Made by a program: the position numbers and the translations under genes
Assembly: GCA_963704435.1 (NCBI GenBank)
Contig: OY969902.1
Coordinates: 652,544-716,543, forward strand
DNA length: 64,000 nt
Direction: 5' to 3'
Source: an uncultured archaeon
GTDB taxonomy: Archaea > Micrarchaeota > Micrarchaeia > Micrarchaeales > CABMGC01
Notes under the pieces: model-generated
The model's database searches: none
What the model was told of the DNA's origin: nothing
Seen by the model: the letters and a program-made list of their open reading frames with translations, nothing else
In this document: positions 27,745 to 37,400 of the stretch, piece by piece
Numbering within the stretch: the stretch's first letter is position 1
Layout: the number at the start of each line of letters is the position of its first letter

Positions 27745-30174
27745 GTGTTGCGAGTGAATGAAGATCGCGGCCTGACCTCGGCGGAGGCGGAGAAGCTTCT
27801 GCTGGAGCACGGGCCGAACCAGATATACAAGCCGACGAAGGTCAGTTTCTTCAGCATAGCCCGGCATGAGATAACGGAGCCGATGATTCTCCTCCTGTTC
27901 ATCGTGGGCATAGTCTATAGCGTCTGGGGCAACGTCGAGGACGCAATCACGATTTTCGCCGTGATCCTGGTGCTGGTGATCGCCGAGGTGAACAACGAGT
28001 TCAGGGCGAAGGAGGCGATAACCGCGCTGGGGCTGATAGCCGCGCCAAAGGCAAAGGTGTTCAGGGACGGGCGCGTGTCTGAAGTCGATGCGTCAGAAAT
28101 AGTTCCTGGGGACGTGCTCGTCCTCCTGCCCGGCACGAAAGTGGCGGCAGACGCCAAGATAATCAGGTCCATAGGCGTCCAATCGGACGAATCCCCGCTC
28201 ACCGGAGAGTCGGTTCCTGTGGGAAAAAGCACAGGCGACGAGATTTATGCAGGCACGGTCGTGTCTTCGGGGGAGGGCTCGGCGCGCGTATACGCGACAG
28301 GCGCATCGACGAAGTTCGGCAAGATAGCGCAGCAGGCGAAGGAGGTCAAGCCCCCTAGGACGAAGCTCCAGCAGGAGATGAGGTCCCTATCTGGAAAGCT
28401 GGTCTACATAGTGGTCTTCTTCTCTGCAGCGATTCCGCTGATCGGAATACTGGAGGGCCGTCCGATAAAGGTGATGGTCCTCACAGGCCTGTCGCTAGCC
28501 TTCGCGACAATACCAGAGGAACTTCCGATAATAATAACGATGGTCCTGGGATTGGGCGCATACACCCTGTCCAAGAGGAAGTTCCTGGTAAAGAAGCTGA
28601 ACTCTGCCGAGGCGCTCGGCACCACGACAGTGATAGTCACCGACAAGACCGGCACCATAACCCAAGGCAGGATGAGGATAGCGTCGCTCTATCCGAAAGA
28701 AGGTGCCCGAGAGCTAATGGGCAAGGCGGTTTCCGCGGTGTCGGACTACGAAGCGTCGTATATGGACCAGGAGCTGCGTAACGAGGCCAGGCGTTTGCGC
28801 GCGACAGTAAGCGCGTCGCACATAATCCGGCAGAGAGACTTCGGAAATGGCAGGAAGACGAAGACCGTCATAAGGAAGGGAAGGAACGGATACGAGCTGT
28901 TCCTGAGTGGCGCCCCGGAGGAGGTGTTCGCACTGTGCAAAAGCGTGACCCGCGTCGCGCGCGAGGAGCTGTCCCGGGAGACCGGGCGCGGAAGGAGGGT
29001 CATCGCAATCGCATACAAGAGGCTCGGCCCGTCCGGCGCCAATCTCGGCTTCCCGAGGCTTGAAAAGGGCCTGGAGTTCTGCGGGCTGATAAGCTTCGAG
29101 GATCCGATAAGGAAAGGCGTCAAGGAAACCATCTCCAAACTCTCAAGGGCAGGGATCCGGACCCTGATGGTGACCGGAGACCATCCCCTCACCGCGAGGT
29201 TCGTGGCCTCGAAGGTCGGCGTCCCTTCGGGAGAAGTGCTTACCGGCGCGGACGTCGACCGCATGTCCGAACCCGCGCTAATGAAAGCAGTAAAGGCGGT
29301 CTCGGTCTTCGCGAGGACAGAACCCGGGCACAAGTACCGCATAATGCGCGCTCTCCAGAAGAACGGTGAAATAGTCACGGTCACCGGCGACGGCATAAAC
29401 GACGTCCTCGCGTTGGAGGGCGCCGACATAGGGATAGCGATGGGCATAAAGGGGACGGATGTCGCGAAGGAGGCGGCAGGGGTGGTCCTCGCCGACGACA
29501 ACTACCTCACGGTCGCGCAGGGGGTCTTCGAAGGCAGGACCTTCTTCGACAACCTGCAGAAGGGCATAGAGTACTACCTCTCGGTCAAGGTGGCCCTCGT
29601 GCTGATATTCCTGCTTCCCGTACTCCTTCTCGTGCCGCTGCCGTTCGCGCCCATACAGATAATCGTGCTCGAGCTGTTCATGGACCTGGCGGCGTCGGCG
29701 GGCTTCGTCGCGGAGCCGAAGGAGAAGGACATCTACTCAAGGCCGCCCCGCAATCCCAAAGAGCCCATGCTGAACGCCCGGCTGGTCAGGAACGTTTTTG
29801 CGAAGGGGCTCGCGCTCTTCGCGGCAGTGACCGCGGTTTACTTCTACGCCCAGGCCGTGGGGATAGGTGCGCCTGAGGCGCAGACGCTCGCATTCTCGGC
29901 ATGGATGTTCGGATACCTGGCTCTCGCGTTCGTCTCGCGCTCCGACAGGGAGACGCTTAGCTCGCTGGGAGTGTTCTCAAACAAGGTCATAGACCTGTGG
30001 GCGGCGGTTTCCGTAGGGTTCCTTCTTGCGCTGATCTACGTCCCGGTCCTCAGGACAGGATTCGGGCTCGCGGAGGTAAGCCCCATCCCGTTAGGAATGG
30101 TGGCTATCGCATCGGTCATGATAGTCGGCATCTTGGAGGCATGGAAATATCTGCCGCGTCACCAAGACGGCTGA
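27745..30174 (+). CDS. P-type cation-transporting ATPase (type II, Ca2+/Mg2+-like)
   Basis: TGES, the DKTGTITQG phosphorylation site, MVTGD, TGDGINDVLAL. About 10 TM segments. Confidence 0.9.
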   Translation: MLRVNEDRGLTSAEAEKLLLEHGPNQIYKPTKVSFFSIARHEITEPMILLLFIVGIVYSVWGNVEDAITIFAVILVLVIAEVNNEFRAKEAITALGLIAAPKAKVFRDGRVSEVDASEIVPGDVLVLLPGTKVAADAKIIRSIGVQSDESPLTGESVPVGKSTGDEIYAGTVVSSGEGSARVYATGASTKFGKIAQQAKEVKPPRTKLQQEMRSLSGKLVYIVVFFSAAIPLIGILEGRPIKVMVLTGLSLAFATIPEELPIIITMVLGLGAYTLSKRKFLVKKLNSAEALGTTTVIVTDKTGTITQGRMRIASLYPKEGARELMGKAVSAVSDYEASYMDQELRNEARRLRATVSASHIIRQRDFGNGRKTKTVIRKGRNGYELFLSGAPEEVFALCKSVTRVAREELSRETGRGRRVIAIAYKRLGPSGANLGFPRLEKGLEFCGLISFEDPIRKGVKETISKLSRAGIRTLMVTGDHPLTARFVASKVGVPSGEVLTGADVDRMSEPALMKAVKAVSVFARTEPGHKYRIMRALQKNGEIVTVTGDGINDVLALEGADIGIAMGIKGTDVAKEAAGVVLADDNYLTVAQGVFEGRTFFDNLQKGIEYYLSVKVALVLIFLLPVLLLVPLPFAPIQIIVLELFMDLAASAGFVAEPKEKDIYSRPPRNPKEPMLNARLVRNVFAKGLALFAAVTAVYFYAQAVGIGAPEAQTLAFSAWMFGYLALAFVSRSDRETLSSLGVFSNKVIDLWAAVSVGFLLALIYVPVLRTGFGLAEVSPIPLGMVAIASVMIVGILEAWKYLPRHQDG

Positions 30175-30194
30175 AGAGCGCCAAATCCGAGTTC

Positions 30195-30989
30195 TCATTT
30201 GCCGTGCTTAAGCTTCTTCGCGCCCTCCTCCTTGGTGGCCTTCGCGAAGAGCTTCACAAGGCTCTTGCTCTCCTCTATCGCAGTCCCCACCTGGACGGCA
30301 TCCGCCCCGCTCTTTATCACCTGCCTCAGGGACTCGACATCCCTTACGCCCCCTCCGACTATGTACGGGACCGATATGGCGTTCTTGACCGCGCGTATCA
30401 TCTCCAGCGGCACGTGTCCCTCGCCCTGCAGCTGCGGGTTCGATCCGGTGTCTGTGACTATGAACCTGTTCCCTATGTACTCGCCGGCCAGCGCGAGCGC
30501 GGCCGCGATCTTCGGCTTCTCCCTTGGCACGAGGTTGACGTCGCCGACCCAGCCGACAGTCCCTCCCGGCGACACGACTATGTATCCTACGGGCAGCGCC
30601 TCGATGCCGAGGTTCCTTATGACCGGCGCAGAAAGCATCTGGGCCTGGATCATCCAGTAGGGGTTCCTGGCGTTCAGCAGCGACATGAAGTATATAGCGT
30701 CCGCGTGCTTGGTCAGGGTCGCTATGTTGCCCGGGAAGAGCACTACCGGCACGCCTCCCGCCTTGTCCTTTATTCCTTTCGTAACGCTGTCCAGCAGCTC
30801 GCCCTGTGCGCTGGTGCTCCCTCCTACGAGCAGCACGTCCGCACCGTCCTCCACTGCGGATACGCCCATGCGCACCGCGTCGTCCGGAGTCCTGTAGTCA
30901 ACGGGGTCCAGGAACATGAAGAACAGCGCGCCCTTCCTCTCCAGCTCCTCGTTGATGTACCTCTCTATCCTGCCTATCTTGATTGCCAT
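30195..30989 (-). CDS. Geranylgeranylglyceryl phosphate synthase (PcrB/GGGPS family)
   Basis: LLVGGS, FPG, IVGGGVRD and VQVGTAIEE motifs of the TIM-barrel GGGPS family. Confidence 0.85.
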   Translation of the reverse strand: MAIKIGRIERYINEELERKGALFFMFLDPVDYRTPDDAVRMGVSAVEDGADVLLVGGSTSAQGELLDSVTKGIKDKAGGVPVVLFPGNIATLTKHADAIYFMSLLNARNPYWMIQAQMLSAPVIRNLGIEALPVGYIVVSPGGTVGWVGDVNLVPREKPKIAAALALAGEYIGNRFIVTDTGSNPQLQGEGHVPLEMIRAVKNAISVPYIVGGGVRDVESLRQVIKSGADAVQVGTAIEESKSLVKLFAKATKEEGAKKLKHGK

Positions 30990-31005
30990 GGAAAAACCAT
31001 CTTCG

Positions 31006-32001
31006 CTAAGCGTAAATTTCCTTCCGCTCCCGCTTCTCCCTCTCCTCTAGGAACATGTCCACGAGCTCCTTCATGCCCTCCTCCATCTTTACCTTCGGCT
31101 CGAACCCCAGCTCGTCCCTCATCTTGCTCATGTCCAGCACCCTGTTCGAGGTCATGAACCTGAGCTCGTCGCTCTCCAGACTCCTCTGCCTTGCCAGCAC
31201 CTTCACTATGAGCTCGCTGACGTGCCTGCTCGGCACCGGTGCGCCAAGCATCCTGGCGGAGAGGCTCAGGAGCTGCTCCTGGGTGTACGGGACCCCGTCG
31301 CTGAGGTTGTAGGTCTTGTTCAGGCAGGCCCCGTTGCCCTTCGCGAGCAGGAGCGCCCTGATCACGTCGTCGTTGTGCACCAGCGCCATATGGTTCTGCC
31401 CGCTGCCTATTATCACGATCTTCCCCTCGTGTATGGCCCTGAAGACCTTGAAGAAGGACGTCTTGAACGACGGTCCGTATATCGTCGAGATCCTGAATAT
31501 CGTGTATGGCACGTCCCCCGCGGCGATCTCCTGCTCGGCCAGCATCTTGCTGTAGCCGTACTTGTCCCTGGGCATCAGCTGGGACGTCTCCTTCAGCATC
31601 TCGCTCCTCCTCCCGCCGTAGACGTCGCTCGTGCTCGTGAATATGAGCTGCTTGACCCCGTTCTTCCTGCACGCCTCCATGACGTTCTTCGTCCCGTAGA
31701 CGTTGACGCGCATGAGCTCCCCGATCCTGCGCTTCTCCTCCCTGACTATCGCAGCGAGATGGTATACGACGTCCGCGCCGTCGCACGCGCTGTCGAGGAC
31801 GCGCACGTCCTCGACGTTGCCCACGAAGGGTATTATGCCCGACGGAAGGTTGGCCGTATGCCCCTTGCTCTGGATGAGGCCCCTGACCGTATTGCCTTCA
31901 TTTATCAGCGCCCTCACGAGCTCGCTGCCCAGCGCGCCGTGCGCCCCGGTCACGAACACGACCTTCTTCCGCCCCTTTGCCACATCCTTCATCTCAGCCA
32001 T
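31006..32001 (-). CDS. NAD-dependent epimerase/dehydratase (SDR, UDP-sugar 4-epimerase-like)
   Basis: Rossmann motif VTGAHGALGSELV and catalytic YGYSK (YxxxK). Confidence 0.85.
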   Translation of the reverse strand: MAEMKDVAKGRKKVVFVTGAHGALGSELVRALINEGNTVRGLIQSKGHTANLPSGIIPFVGNVEDVRVLDSACDGADVVYHLAAIVREEKRRIGELMRVNVYGTKNVMEACRKNGVKQLIFTSTSDVYGGRRSEMLKETSQLMPRDKYGYSKMLAEQEIAAGDVPYTIFRISTIYGPSFKTSFFKVFRAIHEGKIVIIGSGQNHMALVHNDDVIRALLLAKGNGACLNKTYNLSDGVPYTQEQLLSLSARMLGAPVPSRHVSELIVKVLARQRSLESDELRFMTSNRVLDMSKMRDELGFEPKVKMEEGMKELVDMFLEEREKRERKEIYA

Positions 32002-32874
32002 CTAAACGCGCCTGATCCCTTCCTTCTCCTTCTTCTCACCGAGCAGCTTTGAGGCCAGGAACCTGGCGTAGCTCTCGGGCACCTTGGTCATCGCATACTG
32101 CGTCCAGTCCTTGCCGAAGGGCACGTACACGCTGGCCTTCGCGCCCCTCTTGACCATCCTGCCGATCGCCTTCGCGCTGTAGCCCAGCTGGAACTCGAAT
32201 ATTAGCGACTTCCTGTACTTTCCGCCGCTGACGAGCCGGTTTATGACGCTCTCCGGGGCGGACTGCAGGACCACGTTCCTCGTGCTGTCCGCCGCGAACC
32301 TTATCCTCTTCTCCATCAGCGCGCTCTCCTCCTTGCTCTCGGCCTTCGGGCAGATTATCTTCAGCGCCTTGACCGAATCCCCATTGCGGTTCAGGTACTC
32401 GTTGGAGTCCTTTATGCTGACCGCGTAACCCATGCCCTTCGCGTCCTTAAGGGAGCCCAGGTCCCCCTTCGCCCCGCCAGCCATCTCGAGCCACATGAAT
32501 ACGCCGTACTTGTTCGCCGTGGCCAGTATCTCCGATACGTTCCGGGCCGCGACTTCCTCCGAGACCTCGGTACCGACCTGGCCGAGGGGCACGTGGACGC
32601 TCGCCTTGAGCCCCATCCTGGCTATCCTCCTTATGAGCTCCAGGTAGGTGGTCGTGGCGTACCGCGCCTTCGCGGTGTCCCTGGCGCTGTCGCTTAGGAA
32701 CGCTATCGAGACCGGCAGCTTCTTCCCGTTGAGCTCCTTCGCCTTCGCGATCGCGGAACTCATCGTGGTGCCAGCTATGTGCTTCCTGATGAGCCTGTAG
32801 AGAAGCCCCTCAACGATCGTCGCATGCTCTCTCAAAGGTATCACGCTTTGCCGTAACCGAAAGATGCCCCTCAA
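32002..32874 (-). CDS. Proline dehydrogenase family protein
   Basis: HIAGTTMSSAIAKAKELNGKKLPVSIAFLSD (FIAGET...LGE-like) and the C-terminal SVYVPFGKDWTQY match the PRODH TIM-barrel pattern. Confidence 0.6.
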   Translation of the reverse strand: MRGIFRLRQSVIPLREHATIVEGLLYRLIRKHIAGTTMSSAIAKAKELNGKKLPVSIAFLSDSARDTAKARYATTTYLELIRRIARMGLKASVHVPLGQVGTEVSEEVAARNVSEILATANKYGVFMWLEMAGGAKGDLGSLKDAKGMGYAVSIKDSNEYLNRNGDSVKALKIICPKAESKEESALMEKRIRFAADSTRNVVLQSAPESVINRLVSGGKYRKSLIFEFQLGYSAKAIGRMVKRGAKASVYVPFGKDWTQYAMTKVPESYARFLASKLLGEKKEKEGIRRV

Positions 32875-32902
32875 GTTATATTAGTATAGAACAAATAGCC
32901 TT

Positions 32903-34123
32903 TTGAATGGTTGCATGTTGCCTCACTCGGACCGCGCAGAGATGACCGGAAAGGTCAAGTCCAGCCCCGAGGACTTCGTGGTCAGGGAGATTACCGGAGG
33001 GGGCCGAGTGCTGGAGCCGGGAAGGGCCTACGACGCGGCTTCGCTGGGCGAGCAGGAGGTTCCGGGAGGCGCGCACATAACCTTCGTGCTGCAGAAGAGG
33101 GACTGGGACACCATAAGTGCGCTCATCGCGGTGGCGAAGCGGATGGGCCGCGGAAGGAAGTCCATAGGCTACGCGGGGACGAAGGACCGGATGGCGGTAT
33201 CCGTCCAGCTCGCCAGCGTCTATCACCCCGGGCCCTTCGACCCGTCGGGCCTGAGGATAAAGGACATAGCGATAAACGGGTCCTGGCGCAGCGAAGGGGT
33301 CAGGCTAGGGACCAACCTAGGCAATGCGTTCACGATAACCGTGAGGGAGGCGCGCGGCGCAGACTCAATAGGCAGGGTCGCGGAAGGGCTGGGCGGCAGG
33401 ATGCCCAATTATTTCGGAGACCAGCGGTTCGGGGAGCGCCTCAACAACGCGAGGATCGGGCTGATGATCCTGAAAGGGGACCTCGAGGGCGCGGCGATGG
33501 AGTTCCTCACGGGCACGGACAACGAGAGGAGCGCGGAAGTGCTCGAGGCCAGGAGGCGGCTCGGCGAAGAGCGGGATTTCGCGGCCGCGCTCGGATACTT
33601 CCCCCGTTTCCTGAGAGGCGAGCGGACAGTGCTCGCGCACCTGGCGGAGCACGGAGGGAACTACGCAAACGCGCTGAAGAAGCTTCCGAGGGGCCTCTCG
33701 CTCATGTTCGTGCACTCGGTGCAGGACCAGATATTCAACGAGGAGCTCGAGCGCCGCTCAAAGGAGGGGAACTTCGGCTCGGGCCTGTGCGCCAAGGCGG
33801 ATTTCTACGGGTTCCCGGACACGGCGCATCCCGAGCGCGGATCAGGCGGATTCCCCCTCGCGTGCATCGTCGGCTACGAGACCAAGGAGAGTGAGATGAG
33901 CGACTACGCCAGAGAGTCTCTGGAGCGGATGGGGATAGCCAAGGAGTACTTCATGCTTAGGCACCTGCCCGAGCTGGCCACGAGGGGCTCGTACAGGGCG
34001 CTGCTGGCGCCCGTCAAGGACTTCAGGCACTCGGTATCGGGCGACAGCGTAACGCTCGAGTTCTCGCTGCCCAGGGGCTCGTACGCGACCGCGCTGCTCA
34101 ATGAGTTCATGGCGTCCAAGTGA
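32903..34123 (+). CDS. truD: tRNA pseudouridine(13) synthase TruD/Pus7
   Basis: SSPEDFVVREI, GYAGTKDRMAVSVQ (catalytic Asp motif), NYFGDQRFG. Confidence 0.85.
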   Translation: MNGCMLPHSDRAEMTGKVKSSPEDFVVREITGGGRVLEPGRAYDAASLGEQEVPGGAHITFVLQKRDWDTISALIAVAKRMGRGRKSIGYAGTKDRMAVSVQLASVYHPGPFDPSGLRIKDIAINGSWRSEGVRLGTNLGNAFTITVREARGADSIGRVAEGLGGRMPNYFGDQRFGERLNNARIGLMILKGDLEGAAMEFLTGTDNERSAEVLEARRRLGEERDFAAALGYFPRFLRGERTVLAHLAEHGGNYANALKKLPRGLSLMFVHSVQDQIFNEELERRSKEGNFGSGLCAKADFYGFPDTAHPERGSGGFPLACIVGYETKESEMSDYARESLERMGIAKEYFMLRHLPELATRGSYRALLAPVKDFRHSVSGDSVTLEFSLPRGSYATALLNEFMASK

Positions 34124-34170
34124 GACATACCTATTTAAATCGCGCCATCCAGAGTAGTTTGTAAGTACCT

Positions 34171-34332
34171 ATGGCAACAAGCAAGCCGACCCACCCGACC
34201 GCCGAGGAACTGAGAAGGATGAGCGGATTTCAGATCATAAAACTGAATAAAAAGCTATATTACGGGCTCATAATCTTCACGATCCTTTTCATAATCGCCG
34301 TGATCCTGTTTCTCGCTCCGTATATCGCCTGA
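34171..34332 (+). CDS. Unannotated 53-aa tail-anchored membrane protein (below the ORF-track size cut-off)
   Basis: My translation is MATSKPTHPTAEELRRMSGFQIIKLNKKLYYGLIIFTILFIIAVILFLAPYIA. A TATTTAAAT box lies about 35 nt upstream of the ATG. There is only a weak resemblance to archaeal Sec61-beta, which I do not claim. Confidence 0.35.
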   Translation: MATSKPTHPTAEELRRMSGFQIIKLNKKLYYGLIIFTILFIIAVILFLAPYIA

Positions 34333-34467
34333 GCGCCGCAGGGAAGGCCATCCTGCGCGCCCCCGCCGCGCCATCTTCCTGATGGAGCGCTGCTAAACGG
34401 GTTCATAAAGAAGGATAGCTGCGCTGTGCCCTTGGCATAGTGGGTTTCGCGCCTGGGCCAAGCTTTC

Positions 34468-37400
34468 CTAGGAGTGGGAAGCATGCGCGTGATGCGTGCC
34501 ATGCGCAAAAACGTTCCCCTCGCTCTTGCGTTCCTTCTTCCGCTTCCTCCTAAAAAGGTAGGCGACCAATAGGATGACCGCGACCGCAGCTACTGCCGCA
34601 GCCGCATAATAGAGCTGCCCTGCGTTCTGGCTTACGGGCGTAGCTACGGTACGTGCAGTCGTAGTCGGCGTCACCGTCGTCACAGTGGTGCTCGCAGGCT
34701 GCGATTGCTCGAACAGCGCAATCACAGGGTCCTCCGTTATGTTGAACGACACCATGCACGAGCTCGCGTTTACGCTGAACGGAGCTATTGCTTTCCAAGT
34801 GCCGTTTGATAGGAGGTATGGCGCTATCTCAGAGGAAGGCAGGGTGCAGTTGTATTTAAGCGAGGTGAGGATGTTGAGTACGGTTTTCTGCGTTGAATTC
34901 AATGTCCCATTGCGCGTAGCATTTATCATTACGGCAGCAACCAGCAAGTGATTTGCCATCGGAGGCGTATTCGCGCTCGTAATGTTGCTTGTGATTATCT
35001 TAAACTCCCCAGGTTGCGATGACTGAATGGAGAATATCGCCCTGCCTTTGTTCATGTTCACGATGCAAGGTTTTGAATTCGACAAATTCAGCAGGACGGA
35101 GGACGCGATCCCCGTCACGTTTATGCGAGTAGCGTTCGAACCCACCACCGGAATCGTGGTCACGGGAATCGCTGTGCTGTTTGACTGCGCATACACCGAT
35201 ACCGATGCCGTCTGCACAAGGGGCAAGTAAGATATGCTGTTGAGCTTCGCATAGTATGTGAGGCCGCCCTGGCTAGTTACAAGAGTAGGCGATCCGGGAG
35301 CGAGGGTCAGCGACTGGCCGTTGATTGTCACGCCCACGCTTGACGGGGTTATATAGTTGAGGGTTATGCCGAACTGCGCCTTACTTACATTAAGCGTCTC
35401 CTGGTTCGCGTTCGAGAAGTTTAGTATGGTGTACCCCGTCTGATTGCCTTTAAGGTAGGCGGATACTGTGGGGACTTGAGAGGCTCCATTCGGTACGACG
35501 CCCGTACCCCCCGTGCTGACAGGGAGGATTGTCGTCGTGGCTGCTGCCACGTATGAAATCGTGTTGGTAACGATAACATTTGCCGTTGCAGAATCTGTGA
35601 CTATTATGTTCGCCGTGTATGTTCCTGATGTGGCTCCCTGCAGGAATGTGAACGTGCCCGTAGCCAAAGAAGTCGTGTAGAGGTTGCTGTAGGAGAGGGC
35701 TCCCGAAGGGTTGTAGACGAGGAAGTTATAGGTAAATGAAGGAATTCCGCCAGTGACTGCGGTCGTAAGAGTCTGATACTGGTTGGGATATATGACTGCA
35801 CCACTTTCAGATAATAATGATGAAGTCAGCATCGCATTGACGGTCGTAATGGTGTTTACGCTGTTGGCTATCGCGTTGGCAGTCGCGGAGTCCGTTATTA
35901 TGACATTGCCGAATATGACGTTGCCGGAGTTGCCGATGGTGTTGAACCCGAATGCGTTGAACGCTCCCGCAACCCCTGTGTAGAGCATGTTCCCGACCAA
36001 GGTCATTCCGTTGTACACGAGGAAGTTGTAGGTGTACGGTGCGCGGCCTCCGTTGGATATTCCGTTGAAGACCACTATTTGTCCTGCGTCCGCGAGTGCG
36101 TTGGTCGAGACCATTGTGGGCGCGAGAGTGTTGTAGACTGTGAAGGTGATCGTGTTAGTGACGACGACGTTGGTCGTAGCGCGGTCAGTGACGATCAGGT
36201 TCGCGGTGTATGTTCCTGCGGTGGAGCCCTGCGTGAAAGTCAGGGTGTTGGTCACCGAGGCACTGATCCAGTTGGCGCTGTAGACAACATTCGCTGGGGT
36301 AAAAGTCAGGGAGTTGTAGACGAGGAAGTTATAGGTGTAAGACAGCGTTCCGCCAGAGACGGTCGCCGTGAGTATTTGCTTCTGCCCTATATCTACGTAG
36401 GTGTTCGCCGTCCAGGATGCCGACAGCAGCATCGCGTTGACGGTCGTAATGGTGTTTACGCTGTTGGCTATCGCGTTGGATGTCGCGGAGTCGGTTATTA
36501 TGACATTGCCGAATATGACGTTGCCTGAGTTGCCGATGGTGTTGAATCCGAACGCGTTGAACGCTCCCGCAATCCCGGTGTAGAGCATGTTCCCGACCAA
36601 GGTCATTCCGTTGTACACGAGGAAGTTGTAGGTGTACGGTGCGCGGCCTCCGTTGGATATTCCGTTGAAGACCACTATTTGTCCTGCGTCCGCGAGTGCG
36701 TTGGTCGAGACCATTGTGGGCGCGAGAGTGTTGTAGACTGTGAAGGTGATCGTGTTAGTGACGACGACGTTGGTCGTAGCGCGGTCAGTGACGATCAGGT
36801 TCGCGGTGTATGTTCCTGCGGTGGAGCCCTGCGTGAAAGTCAGGGTGTTGGTCACCGAGGCACTGATCCAGTTGGCGCTGTAGACAACATTCGCTGGGGT
36901 AAAAGTCAGGGAGTTGTAGACGAGGAAGTTATAGGTGTAAGACAGCGTTCCGCCAGAGACGGTCGCCGTGAGTATTTGCTTCTGCCCTATATCTACGTAG
37001 GTGTTCGCCGTCCAGGATGCCGACAGCAGCATCGCGTTGACGGTCGTAATGGTGTTTACGCTGTTGGCTATCGCGTTGGATGTCGCGGAGTCGGTTATTA
37101 TGACATTGCCGAATATGACGTTGCCTGAGTTGCCGATGGTGTTGAATCCGAACGCGTTGAACGCTCCCGCAATCCCGGTGTAGAGCATGTTCCCGACTAG
37201 GGTCATGCCATTGTATACGAGGAAGTTGTACGTGTAAGGAGAGCGGCCGCCGTTGGCTATTCCGTTGAAGACCACAATCTGTCCCGCGTCCGCGAGTGCG
37301 TTGGTCGAGACCACGGTGGGCGCGAGTATATTGTAGGAAGTGTATGTCATAGTATTTACAGAATTTACGCCGATCTTGTCTGTGATTATGATATTGACCG

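Noticed and set aside
29997-31786. Two long Arg/Gly/Pro-rich ORFs (29997..31157 on the plus strand, 30974..31786 on the minus strand) overlapping the ATPase 3' end, GGGPS and the epimerase.
   Set aside because: They are alternative frames of well-supported genes. The sequences look like frame-shifted translations of GC-rich coding DNA.
35822-37330. Possibility that the regular repeats are a CRISPR array or a mobile-element tandem.
   Set aside because: The period is 600 bp with no short repeat-spacer structure. The repeats are in frame within one long ORF and encode protein modules.
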